Part shown: one piece after another, positions 61,620 to 64,000 of the stretch
Layout of the letters: each line of letters begins with the position of its first letter
How positions within the stretch are numbered: position 1 is the first letter of the stretch
Origin: a virus
Taxonomy: Duplodnaviria > Caudoviricetes
Virus record (IMG/VR): IMGVR_UViG_3300037851_000141
Location: 64,001-128,000 of that record
DNA length: 64,000 nucleotides
Strand: one strand, 5' to 3'
The notes under the pieces: generated by a model
Databases searched by the model: none
What the model was told of the DNA's origin: nothing
What the model saw: the letters and a program-made list of their open reading frames with translations, nothing else
Program-made: the position numbers and the translations under genes

Positions 61620-62015
61620 ATGGGTAAAGACAATCAAGAAGAGAAAGAGGACAAGCCGAAGAAGGCATTCTCAATTAAGGGTATAGTTTGGGACGATGGT
61701 GGAGTAGACCTAATTATACAAGAATATCGTAAACTTGGAACTGGTCGTGGCGCTCCAACTCTTTGCGGCCCACTCAGCCCTTCAGAATTTGGTAAAGCCC
61801 TTCGTGATATGGGACTTAATGCTCAAGGTGTCTTACAATCAATCTCATTTGATGTAGGTATCACTAAGGATCTTCAATCAGTCAAGAATGCTGATGTAAT
61901 TGAAAAGATTGAAGCTGACTTGGCCGAACCTCCAGCCGAAGTCAAGAAAACCAAAAAGCCAGTTGTAGATTCAGACGATGTAAACGATATACCAGATTCA
62001 CTTGATGAGGAATGA
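61620..62015 (+). CDS. Hypothetical protein (131 aa)
   Basis: Intact ORF with a strong AGGAG RBS. Confidence 0.65.
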   Translation: MGKDNQEEKEDKPKKAFSIKGIVWDDGGVDLIIQEYRKLGTGRGAPTLCGPLSPSEFGKALRDMGLNAQGVLQSISFDVGITKDLQSVKNADVIEKIEADLAEPPAEVKKTKKPVVDSDDVNDIPDSLDEE

Positions 62016-62016
62016 T

Positions 62017-62493
62017 ATGGAAGACAATTTCTTATATACATTTCAATGCTGGCTGAATAAACGAGAATATCCAGATGCTAAACTTCCAGTAAAGAAATAC
62101 TCAACCGATGCTGGATTTGACATTTCATCTGCTGAATCATGTCAGATAAACCCCGGCGAAACCAGAGTAGTCCATACCGGGGTCCATTTTAATATCGTGC
62201 CTGGATGGGAGATACAAATACGCTCAAGAAGTGGGTTAGCTGCTAAAAACAACATATTTGTATTAAATTCTCCAGCTACTATTGATGCTGGGTATACCGG
62301 AGAGATAATGGTTATTTTACATAATGCGTCTGAAAAAAAATCTCTTGAAATAAAGTCTGGAGATAGAATTGCTCAACTTGTATTTCAACGAGTTCCAGAA
62401 ATACAATTAGTTGAAATAGAACAACCAACTATATCTAAACTGGTTGAAGATAAAATACGTGGAACAAACGGATTCGGTTCATCAGGAGTATAA
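62017..62493 (+). CDS. dut: Trimeric dUTPase
   Basis: 'DAGFDI', 'IRSRSGLA', 'NSPATIDAGYTGEI', 'GDRIAQLV', 'RGTNGFGSSG'; start refined to MEDNF. Confidence 0.95.
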   Translation: MEDNFLYTFQCWLNKREYPDAKLPVKKYSTDAGFDISSAESCQINPGETRVVHTGVHFNIVPGWEIQIRSRSGLAAKNNIFVLNSPATIDAGYTGEIMVILHNASEKKSLEIKSGDRIAQLVFQRVPEIQLVEIEQPTISKLVEDKIRGTNGFGSSGV

Positions 62494-62494
62494 A

Positions 62495-64000
62495 TTGTAT
62501 AGTTCATTATATTTTTCTCGTAGATCAAGCGTACTTCATGTGTGGGAATATAATAAAGAGGGGAAAAAAGTTCATAAAAAAGTGGACCCCCCTCTTTATT
62601 TCTTTGTCACCACACCAGACGAAACCGAATATAAAAGTATCTATGGTGATAATGTTAAGAAGTTATCATTTACTACGTATTCTAAGTTTCGTGATGCTAA
62701 AGAAATGTATAAATCAGCCAATCGTAAAGTCTTTGAGTCTGATGTTGACGTAGAAACAAAATATATAATTGAGAATTGGGCTGGTAAAGAGTTTGAACAG
62801 CCAGTACATGATATAAATTACGTGGATATTGAGGTCCATTCCGAAACTGGATTCCCTCATCCTGACCAAGCTGACCATCCAATTACTATCATTACTGTAT
62901 ATTCAACTAAAAATAAAAAGTTTACTATATTTGCTCAAAAAGACTTTAACCGAGATTTCACTAATGCTAAAGGTGAAAAGGTATTACAAGAAACTGATGA
63001 TGTTTATATTATTGAAGATGAAGCTGAGATGCTATCTGCTTTTATCTCGTTTATTGGTGATGGACATGTTGATATTTTAAGTGGATGGAACTCTGAATTT
63101 TATGATATTCCTTATATTATAAACCGAGCAAATAAAATACTTGGCGAAGATGAAGCAAAAAAGATTTCTCCATTAGAACATATAGAAACCAGAACACAGA
63201 CATTTAAGGATGGTAAAGAACGCACAACATATGAAATTGCCGGCCTAAATTGTATTGACTATTTACCTCTTTATAAAAAATATAATCCAAAACAACAATC
63301 AAGTTTCAAGTTGGATTATATAGCTAAATCGGAACTTGGTGAATCTAAACTTGAATACGAAGGTACGCTAAAAGATTTGTATAGAAAAGATTGGCAGAAA
63401 TATGTAGAATACAATATCCAAGACGTTGCCCTTCTTCATAAACTTGATAATAAACTTGGTTTCATGAAATTGATGATTGATATATGTTATAGTTGCTGTG
63501 TTCCCTTCAGTCAATATGAAAAGACCACTAAAGTTTTGGATGGTGCGTTTATATCAACTCTTAAACTTGAGAATGTTGTTGTTCCAGACGCAAATGTTGT
63601 AGAAGGTAATCAATACGAGGGCGCGTTTGTTCGTGATCCTGAAGTTGGTTGTTGGGATTGGATTGTTTCATATGACGCAACATCTCTGTATCCTTCTATA
63701 ATGATTCAACATAATATCAGTCCAGAAACTAAAATATATAAATGTAATGAAAAAGCAACTAAAATAATAATGGGTTGTCTTGAAGGTAAAGAGTCAGAAT
63801 TTGAACCTTGGGAATTAAACCTTCAAGCGTGTGATCAAGAAATTAGTTGTAAAGAAATGATCGCTCAAATAAAAGAAAAGAAATATTCAATATCAACAAA
63901 TGGTGTCATATACTCTCATGAAAAAATCGGAGTTATCCCAAGATTCTTAGTTGATTGGTTTAGCAAGAGACAATTCCATAAGAAAAAACAGTTTGAGTGT
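62495..64000 (+). CDS. gp43: Family B DNA polymerase, gp43-like (3'-truncated; TTG start)
   Basis: Not in the ORF track; hand-read from TTG 62495 (AGGAG at 62484-62488). Exonuclease motifs 'YVDIEVHSE', 'GWNSEFYDIPY', 'FKLDYIA', 'YNIQDV'; region II 'YEGAFV...SYDATSLYPSIMIQHNISPET'. Confidence 0.93.
   Translation, partial: MYSSLYFSRRSSVLHVWEYNKEGKKVHKKVDPPLYFFVTTPDETEYKSIYGDNVKKLSFTTYSKFRDAKEMYKSANRKVFESDVDVETKYIIENWAGKEFEQPVHDINYVDIEVHSETGFPHPDQADHPITIITVYSTKNKKFTIFAQKDFNRDFTNAKGEKVLQETDDVYIIEDEAEMLSAFISFIGDGHVDILSGWNSEFYDIPYIINRANKILGEDEAKKISPLEHIETRTQTFKDGKERTTYEIAGLNCIDYLPLYKKYNPKQQSSFKLDYIAKSELGESKLEYEGTLKDLYRKDWQKYVEYNIQDVALLHKLDNKLGFMKLMIDICYSCCVPFSQYEKTTKVLDGAFISTLKLENVVVPDANVVEGNQYEGAFVRDPEVGCWDWIVSYDATSLYPSIMIQHNISPETKIYKCNEKATKIIMGCLEGKESEFEPWELNLQACDQEISCKEMIAQIKEKKYSISTNGVIYSHEKIGVIPRFLVDWFSKRQFHKKKQFEC

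Noticed and set aside
433-63080. Numerous 60-160 aa ORFs overlapping major genes on the opposite strand or in alternative frames (e.g. 9683..10066, 29311..29739, 31647..32123, 62829..63080)
   Set aside because: They are fully nested in well-supported genes, have atypical composition and lack RBS; treated as shadow ORFs.
1-64000. Stop-codon reassignment, as in some large phages
   Set aside because: Conserved genes (gp23, gp20, uvsW, nrdJ, gp46/47, pol) are full length under the standard code, and TAA, TAG and TGA all end genes.

Overview
A 64 kb AT-rich segment of a large T4-superfamily-related tailed phage (myovirus-like); no bacterial housekeeping genes, rRNA, tRNA or CRISPR array were seen. 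Left half (minus strand, late genes): portal gp20 carrying a LAGLIDADG intein, prohead core/protease/scaffold (gp21, gp22), major capsid gp23, a Hef-like free-standing endonuclease, then a ~27 kb block of about 11 putative fibre/adhesin/virion genes and the start of neck protein gp13. Six of the fibre genes are built from a shared set of repeats. Right half: gp4 head completion nuclease, RNase H, RuvC-like resolvase, UvsY/UvsW, two glycosyltransferases, class II RNR, patatin, gp46/gp47, late sigma gp55, a PD-(D/E)XK nuclease, dUTPase and the 5' part of a family B DNA polymerase with a TTG start. TATAAATA late promoters precede many genes. Best leads: (i) a promoter-driven, ORF-free, densely base-paired ~350 nt candidate ncRNA at 48037-48400; (ii) a 30-aa copy of the mature capsid N-arm inside an unrelated late protein; (iii) a four-member late HEXXH family, one copy interrupted at an A8 run; (iv) a small N-terminal domain shared by a post-capsid late protein and a glycosyltransferase, suggesting possible virion-targeted glycosylation; (v) the modular fibre repertoire, with GC-rich swapped cassettes and in-frame direct repeats around an adhesin module; (vi) the portal intein. 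All family assignments come from motif recognition by eye; no database searches were run.
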